The position numbers and the translations under genes are program-made. The notes under the pieces were generated by a model. The model worked only from the letters and a program-made list of their open reading frames with translations. It had not been told where the DNA came from and ran no database searches. DNA of 64,000 bases. Origin: an uncultured Acidobacteriota bacterium (GTDB lineage Bacteria; Acidobacteriota; Thermoanaerobaculia; Multivoradales; UBA5704). This document shows, in pieces, positions 63,956 through 64,000 of the stretch (its first letter is position 1; each line of letters begins with the position of its first letter). The stretch covers positions 704,001 through 768,000 of the forward strand of contig CAVYRF010000002.1 of assembly GCA_963770895.1 (NCBI GenBank), written 5' to 3'.

Positions 63956-64000
63956 GGTGGTTTCCCGGATCGAGGCTGCCTCGGTCCAGGCGGGAGATGG

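Overview
High-GC bacterial DNA. The gene repertoire (ECF/Ser-Thr kinase pair, CHAT protein, DUF1800/DUF1501, DUF4388) would fit an Acidobacteriota/Thermoanaerobaculia-like soil organism, but that is an inference. All family calls come from motifs read by eye, without database searches. 1-16 kb holds accessory and regulatory genes: an MNT-HEPN pair, ECF sigma plus kinase, tRNA-Sec, BlaI/M56 and DUF1800/DUF1501. 16-23 kb holds a CHAT(caspase)-NACHT-transmembrane gene whose downstream partner is broken by an ISAzo13-family IS. 24.5-31.7 kb is the most striking locus: a His/CxxC leader peptide ending in a RAPP arrest motif, then ZnuABC-type ABC genes, a metal permease fused to an SPFH domain, and HflC-like and HflK-like genes. 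31.7-43.7 kb holds signalling genes, a phospholipase and a four-enzyme cluster. 43.7-64 kb is a scrambled defence/mobile region: duplicated gene relics, a second MNT-HEPN pair, two TIR proteins, IS256 and a second ISAzo13. It ends in a three-level nest: an HTH gene broken by IS21, which is itself broken by a large serine recombinase element. That element's predicted circular junction would supply an RBS and ATG in frame to its DUF5372-like gene.
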